A stretch of DNA of 64,000 nucleotides, taken from assembly GCA_965232515.1 (NCBI GenBank), contig CBDDPY010000002.1:1280001-1344000 (forward strand), in the 5' to 3' direction. This DNA comes from Alphaproteobacteria bacterium (lineage in GTDB: Bacteria > Pseudomonadota > Alphaproteobacteria > GCA-2731375). How positions within the stretch are numbered: position 1 is the first letter of the stretch; each line of letters begins with the position of its first letter. The notes under the pieces were generated by a model. The model was given only the letters and a program-made list of their open reading frames with translations. It ran no database searches and had not been told where the DNA came from. Both the position numbers and the translations under genes were made by a program. This document shows positions 27,265 through 36,650 of the stretch, in pieces.

Positions 27265-28242
27265 ATGACACTTCCGCTCGACAAGGAATTGAAGTTCGGG
27301 TTGCAGACACTGCACCGGCGTACGGAGCCGGCGACAGGGCCGTGGAAGCCCGATGTCGCCGACGCCCGCGAGCTGGTCGGGCTGATCGACCGGCTGGGCT
27401 ACGACTCGCTGTGGGTCGGCGATCACGTGGCGTTTGCCATCCCGATCCTCGATCCGCTGATCCAGCTCGCGCAAGCCGCCGTGTTGAGCGACCGGCTGAT
27501 GCTGGGCACCGGGATCTATCTCTTGCCGCTGCGCCATCCGGGCCCGGTGGCGAAGCAGGTGGCGACGCTCGATCTTCTCTGCGGCGGCCGGCTGATTTTC
27601 GGGGTCGGCGTCGGCGGCGAGTTCAAGACCGACTATGCCGTCTCGGGCGTGCCCATGAACGAGCGCGGCGCGCGGCTGAGCGAGAGTATCGAGGTGCTGC
27701 GCGCGCTCTGGCGCGGCGAGACGGTGAGCCATGCCGGCCGCTTCTTCCCGTTCGCGGACATCACCATGCAGCCGGCGCCGCATCAGCCCGGCGGTCCGCC
27801 GATCTGGTGCGGCGGCCGCTCGGAGGCGGCGCTGGCCCGCGCCGGCCGCATGGCCGACGGCTATATCTCCTACGTGGTCACGCCGGAGATGTTCGCCGAC
27901 TCGATGAGCAAGATCACCGCCGCCGCCGAGGCCGCGAACCGCGAGGTCGCACGCTTCGGCACCGGCCACCTGCTTTTCGCCCGCATCGACGACAGCTACG
28001 AAAAGGCGCTCGACGCCGCGACCGAAACCTTGAGCGTCCGCTACGCCATGGACTTCCGCAAGCCCGCCATGAAGTACTGCGCGCTGGGCCGCCCCGAGGA
28101 CGTCGCCGAAAAGATCGCCCAGTTCCACGCCGCCGGCTGCCGCCACATCGTCATGGACCTGGTCGGCCCCTACGAAGAACGCGACCAGCAAATCGAATGG
28201 TTCGCCAAGGAGGTCCGGCCTTTGGTGGCGGGGCTTAGCTGA
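27265..28242 (+). CDS. LLM-class (luciferase-like) flavin-dependent oxidoreductase
   Basis: Motifs GYDSLWVGDH, LPLRHP, ATLDLLCGGRLIFGVGVG, PPIWCGG. Confidence 0.88.
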   Translation: MTLPLDKELKFGLQTLHRRTEPATGPWKPDVADARELVGLIDRLGYDSLWVGDHVAFAIPILDPLIQLAQAAVLSDRLMLGTGIYLLPLRHPGPVAKQVATLDLLCGGRLIFGVGVGGEFKTDYAVSGVPMNERGARLSESIEVLRALWRGETVSHAGRFFPFADITMQPAPHQPGGPPIWCGGRSEAALARAGRMADGYISYVVTPEMFADSMSKITAAAEAANREVARFGTGHLLFARIDDSYEKALDAATETLSVRYAMDFRKPAMKYCALGRPEDVAEKIAQFHAAGCRHIVMDLVGPYEERDQQIEWFAKEVRPLVAGLS

Positions 28243-28254
28243 GTCGGCGCGGGG

Positions 28255-28695
28255 TTATCCCGTCGCCGCGACGATTTCGACCAGCTCGATGTCGAAGGTG
28301 AGGTCTTCGCCGGCCAGCGGGTGGTTGGCGTCGAGGACGACGGTGGCGTCGGTGACTTCGATGACGGTCAGGATCAGGTTTTCGCCGTTCGACGCCTTTG
28401 CCTGCAGACGGTTGCCGACGCTGAGATCGATGTCGTCCGGCATCATGGTGCGCTCGACGGTTTGAATGGCGTCGGGGCGGTGCGGGCCGTAGGCATTCTC
28501 GGCCGTGATCTCGATCGTGGCGGTGTCGCCGACGGCCATGCCGACGACCGATTCCGCGAGCTGTGGGATGATGCTGTTGTCGCCGATTTCGAATTGCAGC
28601 GGATCGCGGCCCTCGGACGAGTCGAAAACCGTGCCGTCCTTCAACTTGCCGCTGTAGTGAATCCGGACGGTATCGCCGGTGCTGGCCTGGGCCAT
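28255..28695 (-). CDS. FKBP-type peptidyl-prolyl isomerase (SlyD/SlpA-like)
   Basis: Motifs VRIHYSGKLKDGTVFDSS, AYG, LDANHPLAGEDLTFDIE. Confidence 0.9.
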   Translation of the reverse strand: MAQASTGDTVRIHYSGKLKDGTVFDSSEGRDPLQFEIGDNSIIPQLAESVVGMAVGDTATIEITAENAYGPHRPDAIQTVERTMMPDDIDLSVGNRLQAKASNGENLILTVIEVTDATVVLDANHPLAGEDLTFDIELVEIVAATG

Positions 28696-28865
28696 GGCAT
28701 GTCTCCTTCGCTTCCCAGTGCAAACGCGACCTGGTCAATCTGGCGACATACCGAACCGTGGTCGGCCGACAGTAATCGACCCGGGACTCCCCCGGTGAGC
28801 CTCGATAGCTCGGAGTCAACCTAACAGCGGCGGCTGGGCACCGCAACGCGGGCGAATTGACTCTG

Positions 28866-29711
28866 TCAGTGGAAGGGGCGGTCACCGTCAATGGTGACGC
28901 GGTACATGCGGCGGTGGGCGGGCCAGTAGTCGTTGATGGGATAGTGCTGGGTGCAGCGGTTGTCCCAGAAGGCGATGGAGTGGCGGCGCCAATTGAAGCG
29001 GCAGAGGAATTCGGGCGTTTGGACGTGGGTGTAAAGGAAGTCCAGGAGCGCCTTGCTCTCCTTCTCGCGCATGTCCTTGATGTGGGTGGTGAAGGACGAG
29101 TTGACGAAGATGCCCTTGCGGCCGCTGACGGGATGCGTGCGGATCACCGGGTGCTCGACGGGCGGATACTTTTCCTGGGCCTCGGCGAGCTTGCGCTGGC
29201 CGTCGGGCTGCCGGAGCAGGCGGTTGCGGAAGCCGGTATGGGCGAAGTCGTGGATCGCCGTCAGGCCGGACAGGAACTGCTGCATATGGTCGGACAGCGC
29301 GTCGTAAGCGGCATACATGCTGGACCACATGGTGTCGCCGCCGGCATCGGGCACGGCCTGGGCGTGCAGGATCGAGCCCATGGGCGGCTTCTGCTGGAAG
29401 GTCACGTCGGTGTGCCAGTTATTGATGCGCGACGGCCGCTCGCAGTCGTTCTCGATGACGATGATCTCGGGATGATCGTCCAGATGCGGCGCAAACGGGT
29501 GCACCTGGATCTCGCCGAAGCGGCGGCCGAAGGCCTTGTGCTGATCGGGCGTGATGTCCTGGTCGCGGAAGAAGATCACCTGGTGCGCCATCAGCGCGTC
29601 GTGGATCTCCTGAAACGTCTGATTGCCCAGCTCCCGCGCCAGGTCGACGCCGCCGATTTCCGCACCGATATGGCCGGCAAGCGGGGTCACGTCGATGGTC
29701 TGATGGGTCAT
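28866..29711 (-). CDS. TauD/TfdA-family Fe(II)/2-oxoglutarate dioxygenase
   Basis: Motifs IGAEIGGVDL, WHTDVTF (HxD), GGDTMW, HPVIRTHP, WDNRCTQH. Confidence 0.92.
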   Translation of the reverse strand: MTHQTIDVTPLAGHIGAEIGGVDLARELGNQTFQEIHDALMAHQVIFFRDQDITPDQHKAFGRRFGEIQVHPFAPHLDDHPEIIVIENDCERPSRINNWHTDVTFQQKPPMGSILHAQAVPDAGGDTMWSSMYAAYDALSDHMQQFLSGLTAIHDFAHTGFRNRLLRQPDGQRKLAEAQEKYPPVEHPVIRTHPVSGRKGIFVNSSFTTHIKDMREKESKALLDFLYTHVQTPEFLCRFNWRRHSIAFWDNRCTQHYPINDYWPAHRRMYRVTIDGDRPFH

Positions 29712-29743
29712 GGGCGCAATCCTTCCGTGATCGGCCGCCGGCA

Positions 29744-30748
29744 TCAATGCTGAGTCGGCGGCGGCGTTCCTTCCAGGGGGAAGTGGCAGACCACGCGGTG
29801 GCCCCGTTCGATTTCGGTCAACGGCGGCGCGATCTCGGCGCAGACCGATTTGGCATGCAGGCAGCGCGTCCGGAACGGACAGCCGCTGGGCACGTTCATG
29901 GGCGAGGGCAGTTCGCCGTCCGCCATCTCCAGCCTGGCCGGCGGCCGGTTCGGGTCGGGTTGCGGCACCGCGCGCAGCAGGGCGGCCGTGTAGGGATGAG
30001 CCGGCCGGTTATAGAGGCGCTCGGAGTCGGCGATCTCGCAGAGCTTGCCGAGATACATGACGGCGATGCGGTCGGAGACGTTCTTCACGACGGCGAGGTC
30101 GTGCGAGATGAACAGCATGGTCAGCGCGTAGCGCGCCTTCATGTCCTCCAAAAGATTCAGGATCTGGGCCTGGATCGAGACGTCGAGGGCCGAGACCGGC
30201 TCGTCGCAGATCAGCAACTCGGGCTCCAGGATCAGTGCCCGGGCGATGGAGATGCGCTGGCACTGGCCGCCGGAGAATTCGTGCGGCCGGCGGTCCATGG
30301 CAAGCGCCGGATCGAGCCCGACGGTGGCCAGCAGCGCCTCGACCTTGGCGTTACGCGCCGCCGCGTCCCGCTCGCCGGCGACGACCAGCGGCGCGGCGAC
30401 GATGTCGCGCACGCGCCGGCGTGGGTTCAGCGACGAAATGGGATCCTGGAAGATGGCCTGGAACTTCGGCCTGAGCGCACGCAGCTGCTGCCGCGAGACC
30501 TGCGTCAGATCGTCGCCGTCGAGCCAGACCTGGCCCGCCGTCGGCGGCGGCAGCTGCAGGATCGCCCGCGCGGTCGACGACTTGCCGCAGCCGGACTCGC
30601 CAACGAGCCCCAGGGTCTCGCCGCGCCGCAGCTCGAAACTGACATTGGAGACCGCGTGCACGCGACGGCCTTCGCCGCCGTCGTATTGCACCGACAGATC
30701 CTCGACCCTCAGCATCGCGTCGTTTTCGTTTTGCACCGATATGCTCAT
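29744..30748 (-). CDS. Peptide/nickel-type ABC transporter ATPase (OppF/DppF-like)
   Basis: Motifs GESGCGKS, FSGGQCQR, CDEPVSALD; C-terminal Cys-rich oligopeptide-ABC domain. Confidence 0.92.
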   Translation of the reverse strand: MSISVQNENDAMLRVEDLSVQYDGGEGRRVHAVSNVSFELRRGETLGLVGESGCGKSSTARAILQLPPPTAGQVWLDGDDLTQVSRQQLRALRPKFQAIFQDPISSLNPRRRVRDIVAAPLVVAGERDAAARNAKVEALLATVGLDPALAMDRRPHEFSGGQCQRISIARALILEPELLICDEPVSALDVSIQAQILNLLEDMKARYALTMLFISHDLAVVKNVSDRIAVMYLGKLCEIADSERLYNRPAHPYTAALLRAVPQPDPNRPPARLEMADGELPSPMNVPSGCPFRTRCLHAKSVCAEIAPPLTEIERGHRVVCHFPLEGTPPPTQH

Positions 30749-31755
30749 GACGCGGCTCGTCGCGCCGGCTCGATCGGCCGCCAGCAGGCGTATTCGTGAC
30801 CGCTGGGGTCGTCCGCAACCAGCGCCGGCGTTTCGTGACGGCAACGCTCGCCGACATAGGCACAGCGTGGCGCGAAGCGGCAGCCCGGCGGCGGCATCAC
30901 CAGGTCTGGCGGCCGGCCGGAGATCGCCTGCAACCGCTGATGCGGCGGGTTCTCCATGCGCGGGATGGATTGCAGCAGCGCCTCGGTGTAGGGCATACGG
31001 GCGTTCGCAAACAGATCCATCGTGCCGCCGCGCTCGACGATGCGGCCGGCATACATCACGGCGACCTCGTCGCAGCGACCGGCGACGATGCCGAGATCGT
31101 GGGTGATCAGGATCATCGCCATGTGCCGCTCGCGCTGTTGCTGCTGCAGCAGGTCGAGGATCTCGCTCTGCACGGTGACGTCGAGCGCCGTCGTCGGCTC
31201 GTCCGCGATCAAGAGCTTCGGCTCGCAGGAAATGGCGATGGCGATGGCGACCCGCTGCCGCATGCCGCCTGACAGCTCGTGCGGATACTGCTTCACGCGA
31301 ATGTCGGGCTGCGGGATGCCGACGGACTGCAGCAGCTCGACCGCGCGGGATCTCGCCTGCGTGGTGGACATGCCGAGATGCCGGGTCAGGGCTTCGACGA
31401 TCTGGCGGCCGACGGGCATCACGGGGTTCAGCGAGGTCATCGGGTCCTGGAACACCATGGCGATGTCGCGGCCGCGCACCTGGCGCAGCGCCTTTTCCGA
31501 CAGCGTCCGCAGGTCGCGTCCGTCGAAGGCGATCCGCGCCTCCGGGGCCAGCCGGGCGTTTCCCGGCAGCAGCCCCATCAGCGTGCGCGCCAGTACCGAC
31601 TTGCCGCAGCCGGATTCGCCGACGATGCCGAGCGTCCGTCCTTGAATAAGGTCGAACGAGACGCCGTCGACGGCGCGCAACAGGCCCTTCGCGGTTTCAA
31701 AATGGGTCTGCAGGTCGGCGACGGAGAGAAGGGGGACCGAACTGGCGCTGACCAT
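30745..31755 (-). CDS. Peptide/nickel-type ABC transporter ATPase (OppD/DppD-like)
   Basis: Motifs GESGCGKS, LSGGMRQR, ADEPTTALD; start reassigned to 31755. Confidence 0.92.
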   Translation of the reverse strand: MVSASSVPLLSVADLQTHFETAKGLLRAVDGVSFDLIQGRTLGIVGESGCGKSVLARTLMGLLPGNARLAPEARIAFDGRDLRTLSEKALRQVRGRDIAMVFQDPMTSLNPVMPVGRQIVEALTRHLGMSTTQARSRAVELLQSVGIPQPDIRVKQYPHELSGGMRQRVAIAIAISCEPKLLIADEPTTALDVTVQSEILDLLQQQQRERHMAMILITHDLGIVAGRCDEVAVMYAGRIVERGGTMDLFANARMPYTEALLQSIPRMENPPHQRLQAISGRPPDLVMPPPGCRFAPRCAYVGERCRHETPALVADDPSGHEYACWRPIEPARRAAS

Positions 31756-31772
31756 GACGTTATCCGGCTCCC

Positions 31773-32672
31773 TTAGATCGCGCTGTCGCGGATGTCGGCG
31801 AGACGGCGGCGCACGACGTCGCCCCCGAGATTGAAGGACAGCACGGTGAAGAACATGACGATGGCCGGGATGACGCTGATATGCGGCGTTTCCTCCAGGT
31901 GCTCGCGGCCCTCGGCGATCATGCCGCCCCAGCTTGGGTTCGGCGACGGCACGCTGAGGCCGAGGAAGCTGAGCGCGCCCTCGACGACGATGGCGATGGG
32001 AATGGCAATCATGGCGAAGGCGATGACCGGCCAAATCACGTTCGGGAAGATCTCGATGGCGATGATGCGCAGGTCGCCGGCGCCCATGGCCTTGGCGGCG
32101 GTGACGAACTCGCGCTGGGCAAAGGTCAGCGTCGCGGCGCGGGTGATGCGGGCCGAGGCCGGAATGAACAGCAGGCCCAAGCCCACGGTGACCGTCGTCA
32201 GGCTGCCGCCGAAGATGGTCGAGAACAGCAGCAGGATCACGAGGCCGGGCACGGCGAGCCAGGTGTCGATGGCGATCACCACGACCTCCTCGACCCAGCG
32301 GCGGTAGTAGCCGGCGAGCAGGCCGAGGATCAGGCCGAAGGCGAGGCCGATGGCGGGCGCGCAGAAGCCGACGGTGAGCGACACCCGCGCGCCATAGACC
32401 AGGCGGGCGAGAATGTCGCGGCCGAGCACGTCGGTGCCGAGCCAATGCGTTGCGCTGGGCGGCGACTGCAGCTCGATGAAATCGGCTTCATAGGGATCGG
32501 CGATCGGCAGCAGGGGCGCCAGCGCGGCGAGAACGACGACCAGGCAGAGCCAGGTCATCGAGATCCAGAACACCACGCCCAGACGCTTGCGCCGGGCCAC
32601 GGTGGCGATGGCGTCCGCGTCGGCGCCGGTCGCGGCTACCTGGGTGGGGCGGTCGACGGTGGTCTCAGCCAT
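31773..32672 (-). CDS. ABC transporter permease (OppC/DppC-like)
   Basis: HWLGTDVLGRD...YGARVSL; EAA-like loop EFVTAAKAMG. Confidence 0.92.
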   Translation of the reverse strand: MAETTVDRPTQVAATGADADAIATVARRKRLGVVFWISMTWLCLVVVLAALAPLLPIADPYEADFIELQSPPSATHWLGTDVLGRDILARLVYGARVSLTVGFCAPAIGLAFGLILGLLAGYYRRWVEEVVVIAIDTWLAVPGLVILLLFSTIFGGSLTTVTVGLGLLFIPASARITRAATLTFAQREFVTAAKAMGAGDLRIIAIEIFPNVIWPVIAFAMIAIPIAIVVEGALSFLGLSVPSPNPSWGGMIAEGREHLEETPHISVIPAIVMFFTVLSFNLGGDVVRRRLADIRDSAI

Positions 32673-33618
32673 GGCTCATCCGAACCCGGATGCGCGGATC
32701 GAGTGCCGCGTAGATCACATCGACGGTGAAGTTCACAATCACGTAGGCGATGGCGATGAAGGTGACGCAGCCCTGGATCATGATGAAATCGCGCGCGAAG
32801 ATCGCGTTGATCAGCAGACGGCCGACGCCCGGCAGGCCGAAGATCGACTCGATGATGATCGAGCCGCCGATCAGCTGTCCCACCTGCAGACCGACCAGCG
32901 TGATCAGCGAGAAGGACGACGGCCTGAGCGCGTGTACGATCAGGATTCGTAAGTCCGACATGCCCTTGGCGCGCGCCATGGCGATGTAGTCTTCCTGCAG
33001 CACGCCGATCATCTCAGCCCGGAGCGCCCGCATCAGCACCGTCCATTCCGCCAGCGCGAAGCTGAGCGCCGGCAGCAGCATGCCCTTTAGGTTGGCCCAG
33101 AGGCCGGCGGAAATCGGCTCGTAACCGGTGGCGGGCAGGACTTGCAGATAGAGCGAGAAGAACAGGATCAACAGGATCGCGGCGATGAACGGCGGTACCG
33201 AGACGCAGGCGAAGCCGATGCCGGCGATCCAGCGGTCGACGCGGCGGCCCGATTTATAGGCGCTGAGCACGCCCATGGGCACGGCGAGCGCCAGGGCGAA
33301 GATCTGCGCCAGCAGCATGAGTTGCAGCGAAACGGGGAACCGCGAGAGGATCGCTTCCATTACCGGCTCGCCGGTGCGGAACGACTTGCCCCAATCGCCG
33401 GAGAACACGCCGCCGAGCCAGGAGAAATAGCGCAGCAACACCGGCCGGTTCAGGCCGAGGTCCTCGCGGATCTGCTGCACATCGGCCTCGGACGCGTCCT
33501 GCCCGGCGATGTCGTAGGCGATATCGCCGGGCAGGACGTTCACCAACAAGAAGGTGAACAGCGTGACGCAGAACAGGACGACGACCAGCCGCCGCAGCCG
33601 CCAGAACAGAAACCGCAT
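32665..33618 (-). CDS. ABC transporter permease (OppB/DppB-like)
   Basis: Motifs LPGD, DWGKS, DYIAMARAKG, IESIFGLPGVG. Confidence 0.92.
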   Translation of the reverse strand: MRFLFWRLRRLVVVLFCVTLFTFLLVNVLPGDIAYDIAGQDASEADVQQIREDLGLNRPVLLRYFSWLGGVFSGDWGKSFRTGEPVMEAILSRFPVSLQLMLLAQIFALALAVPMGVLSAYKSGRRVDRWIAGIGFACVSVPPFIAAILLILFFSLYLQVLPATGYEPISAGLWANLKGMLLPALSFALAEWTVLMRALRAEMIGVLQEDYIAMARAKGMSDLRILIVHALRPSSFSLITLVGLQVGQLIGGSIIIESIFGLPGVGRLLINAIFARDFIMIQGCVTFIAIAYVIVNFTVDVIYAALDPRIRVRMSHG

Positions 33619-33648
33619 CGGGCCGGCCCGCCGACGCCGGTCCCGTTC

Positions 33649-35199
33649 TTACCGGTCGAGCCAGACGCTGGAGGTGTCGGCGACGCCGCGCCAGATGGTC
33701 GGCACGTTCTTGACGTCCTTGCGCGTGAAGACGTGATAGCGCCGGCCGCCGCGATACTGGATGTGGCCGGAGTCGTTCATGCGCGCGGCGATCTGGCAGA
33801 GCATCTTCTCGCGCGCCTGACGGTCGTCCGACATGCGCTGCCCCAGCACCAACTTGTCCATTTCGGGGTCGTTGAAGCCGGTCAGGTTGTAGCTGCTCTT
33901 GGAATGGTGCAGGGCGAAGACCTGCGGTCCGATGTCCGAGAAGTCGGCAATGCGCCAGCCGCTGATGTGATAATCGTTGGTGAACACCTTCTTGACCAAC
34001 GTGTTCTGATCCACCGGCTCCAGCGTCAACTCGACGCCAACCTTCTTATAGAGCTGCTGCATGATCTCGCCCAGCTCGCGGCCGCGCGGCGTCGTGGTGT
34101 GGATCATCGACAGCTTCACCGGCTGACCATAGGCGGCCAAGAGTTCTTTTGCCTTGTCCGGATCGTAGTGCCGATAGCCGGACTCACCGCAATCGACATG
34201 CCCGGTAAACGGGTGCGTGGCGAAGGGCACGGTGTCCTTCCAGCTCACCTTGATGACCGCGTTCTGGTTCCAGGCGTGGCTCAACGCCGCGCGCACCCGA
34301 GGATCGTCGAGCGGCGGCTTGCGGGTGTTGAAGAAGGTAATAAGCGCGCCGGCGCCGTCGAGCGTATGCGTAACAAGGTCCTTGTCCTTGAGCGCGCGCT
34401 GAATGGTGTTGCCGCGGTCGGTCCAGATCATGTCGACCTCGCCGGACTTGATCGCGGCGTAGCGGGTCTGCGTGTCGGGCAGGATGCGGAAGACGATCCG
34501 GTCGAGATAGGTGCGGTCCTTGTCCCAATAGTCCTCGTTGCGCACGGCGATAATGCGGTCGCCGCCGGCCCAGGATTCGAACTTGTAAGGGCCGGTACCC
34601 ATCGGCTGGCGGTTCTGCTTGCCGGCCTCGACGTTTTTGGTCGAGGGGATGAAACCGGCCATCCAGGTGCTGCCGACAACGCCGAGGAACGGCTGCCAGG
34701 GATGTTTGAGGTCGAACTGCACGGTGTGGTCGTCGACGGCGACGGCCTTGTCGATCGCGGTGATAAAGCTGCGGCTGCGCGACTTGTTCTTCGGATCGAG
34801 GATGCGGTTGTAGTGATCGGCGACATCGGTCGCCGTGAACGGCGTGCCGTCGTGGAAGCGCACGTCCTTGCGCAGGTTGAAGGTCCAGGTCTTTTGATCG
34901 TCGGACGCCGACCATGAGGTCGCCAGGCTTGGCGAAATATCGTCGGGGGTGTGGAAGTTGATCAGCCGGTCGTGGAAGACGACGGACACGAAGCTGCCGG
35001 AGATGCCGAGCACGCCGCCCTCAACGGCATCGAAGCCGCGCACGTCGGTCTCGATGGCGACGGTCAGGGTGCCGCCGCGTTTTGGCGTGTCACCGACGGC
35101 CGGACCGGTGACGGCGAGCGCCGTAAGGATGCCGAACGTCCCGGCCGCAGCAAGCGCGAGTCGGCAGCGAGACGGATTCCGTTTGTCGTTTTTCGTCAT
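33649..35199 (-). CDS. ABC transporter substrate-binding protein, family 5
   Basis: Signal peptide, LATSW...LRKDVRFHDGTPF, PMGTGPYK; GGAGG favours ATG 35199. Confidence 0.9.
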   Translation of the reverse strand: MTKNDKRNPSRCRLALAAAGTFGILTALAVTGPAVGDTPKRGGTLTVAIETDVRGFDAVEGGVLGISGSFVSVVFHDRLINFHTPDDISPSLATSWSASDDQKTWTFNLRKDVRFHDGTPFTATDVADHYNRILDPKNKSRSRSFITAIDKAVAVDDHTVQFDLKHPWQPFLGVVGSTWMAGFIPSTKNVEAGKQNRQPMGTGPYKFESWAGGDRIIAVRNEDYWDKDRTYLDRIVFRILPDTQTRYAAIKSGEVDMIWTDRGNTIQRALKDKDLVTHTLDGAGALITFFNTRKPPLDDPRVRAALSHAWNQNAVIKVSWKDTVPFATHPFTGHVDCGESGYRHYDPDKAKELLAAYGQPVKLSMIHTTTPRGRELGEIMQQLYKKVGVELTLEPVDQNTLVKKVFTNDYHISGWRIADFSDIGPQVFALHHSKSSYNLTGFNDPEMDKLVLGQRMSDDRQAREKMLCQIAARMNDSGHIQYRGGRRYHVFTRKDVKNVPTIWRGVADTSSVWLDR

Positions 35200-35450
35200 G
35201 GCTACGAACCTCCCCATCGCAGAGACCCCCATCGGTCCCGCAGGTTATCGGCCGGCGTTGCGGCCATTGGCTGGGCGTCGACCGTCACGGTTCGACACCC
35301 GCCCCGTCGTCTTTTTCCGCGACGTCGGGTTGATGGTCCCGTAAGCGCGGGCCGGAATCAAGCATTCCGAGAGTTGACCAGTGTAGGACCCGCCCGCCAC
35401 GCTGGCAGCGTGAGGAATTGGGAGCAATTTGTGGCTGGGAGAACGGTGTC

Positions 35451-36650
35451 ATGCGTCCATTCGACGGTCTGTTCGTGCTGGATTTCACGCACGTGCTCGC
35501 GGGTCCCTACTGCACCTATCAGTTGGCCCTGCTGGGCGCGGATGTAATCCGGATCGAGCCGCCGGGGGGCGGCGACATCATTCGGGGGGCCGGCGGCGGC
35601 ATGACACCGGCCTTCATGGCGCAGAACGCCAACAAGAAATCGCTGGCCCTCGATCTCAAGACCGCGCCCGGACGGGAGGTCGCCCAACGCCTCGCCGCCG
35701 AATGCGACGTGCTGGTCGAGAATTTCCGTCCTGGCGTCATGGACCGGCTCGGGTTGGGGCATGACAACGTCAAGGCGGCGAACCCGGCGGTGATCTACTG
35801 CTCGATCACCGGCTACGGTCAGGACGGCCCGTTGGGACAGCGGCCGGCCTACGACCATGTCATTCAGGGCATGTCGGGCGTAATGGCGGTGAACGGCCGC
35901 GACGCCGGCCGGCCGCAACGCGTCGGGTTTCCGTTCATCGATTACGCCGCCGGCCTGATGGCGGCGTTTGCGGTGGCAAGCGCCCTGGTGCAGCGGGGAC
36001 AGACCGGCAAGGGTCAGCGTATCGACACGGCCATGCTGGACACGGCGCTGGTGCTGATGGCGCCCGTGCTGGCGCAACAACTGATCGCCGGCCAGGCACC
36101 ACGGGCGACCGGCGGCCGCGCCTTCAGCGGCAGTCCGTTTTCGGGCGTGTTCGACACATCGGACGGCCAGTTGGTGCTGGCGGCGAACACGCCGAAGCAG
36201 GCCCGTGCGCTTTGCGACGCACTGGACCTCGCCGATCTGGCGGACGACCCGCGGGCGGCCGACTGGCAGGCGAACCCGGATTTCGCGGCAGAGGTGCAGC
36301 GGTCGTTGAACGCGGTTTTCGCGACCCGTAGCGCCGACGCGTGGGAGCAACGCCTGAGCGCCGCCGACGTGCCGGCCGGTCGGTTGCGCGACGTCGCCGA
36401 TATCCTGGCGCATCCACACATTGACACGCGCGAGGTGCTGCACGAGATCGCCGACATGCCTGGCGTCGACCAGCCCGTCACCGTGCCGGGTGTCGGCTTC
36501 AAGCTGGCCGATAGCGGCCAGAAGGTCACCGCGCCGCCGCCGCGCCTGGGCGAGCACAGCCGCGAAGTTCTCGCGCGCTTCGGCTACAGCGCCGCCGACA
36601 TCGACGCCCTGGCGGCAGAAGGCGTCATCGCCTGCAACGACGGCAGTTAG
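35451..36650 (+). CDS. Family III CoA-transferase (CaiB/BaiF)
   Basis: Motifs LDFTHVLAGP, GADVIRIE, NANKKSLALDLK, ENFRPG, YDHVIQGMSG. Confidence 0.92.
   Translation: MRPFDGLFVLDFTHVLAGPYCTYQLALLGADVIRIEPPGGGDIIRGAGGGMTPAFMAQNANKKSLALDLKTAPGREVAQRLAAECDVLVENFRPGVMDRLGLGHDNVKAANPAVIYCSITGYGQDGPLGQRPAYDHVIQGMSGVMAVNGRDAGRPQRVGFPFIDYAAGLMAAFAVASALVQRGQTGKGQRIDTAMLDTALVLMAPVLAQQLIAGQAPRATGGRAFSGSPFSGVFDTSDGQLVLAANTPKQARALCDALDLADLADDPRAADWQANPDFAAEVQRSLNAVFATRSADAWEQRLSAADVPAGRLRDVADILAHPHIDTREVLHEIADMPGVDQPVTVPGVGFKLADSGQKVTAPPPRLGEHSREVLARFGYSAADIDALAAEGVIACNDGS

Noticed and set aside
28785-28820. Nested stem GACTCC/GGAGTC with GAGC/GCTC upstream of the FKBP gene as a riboswitch
   Set aside because: No recognisable riboswitch consensus; short stems are common at this GC content and it overlaps a possible -35. 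An Rfam scan would settle it.
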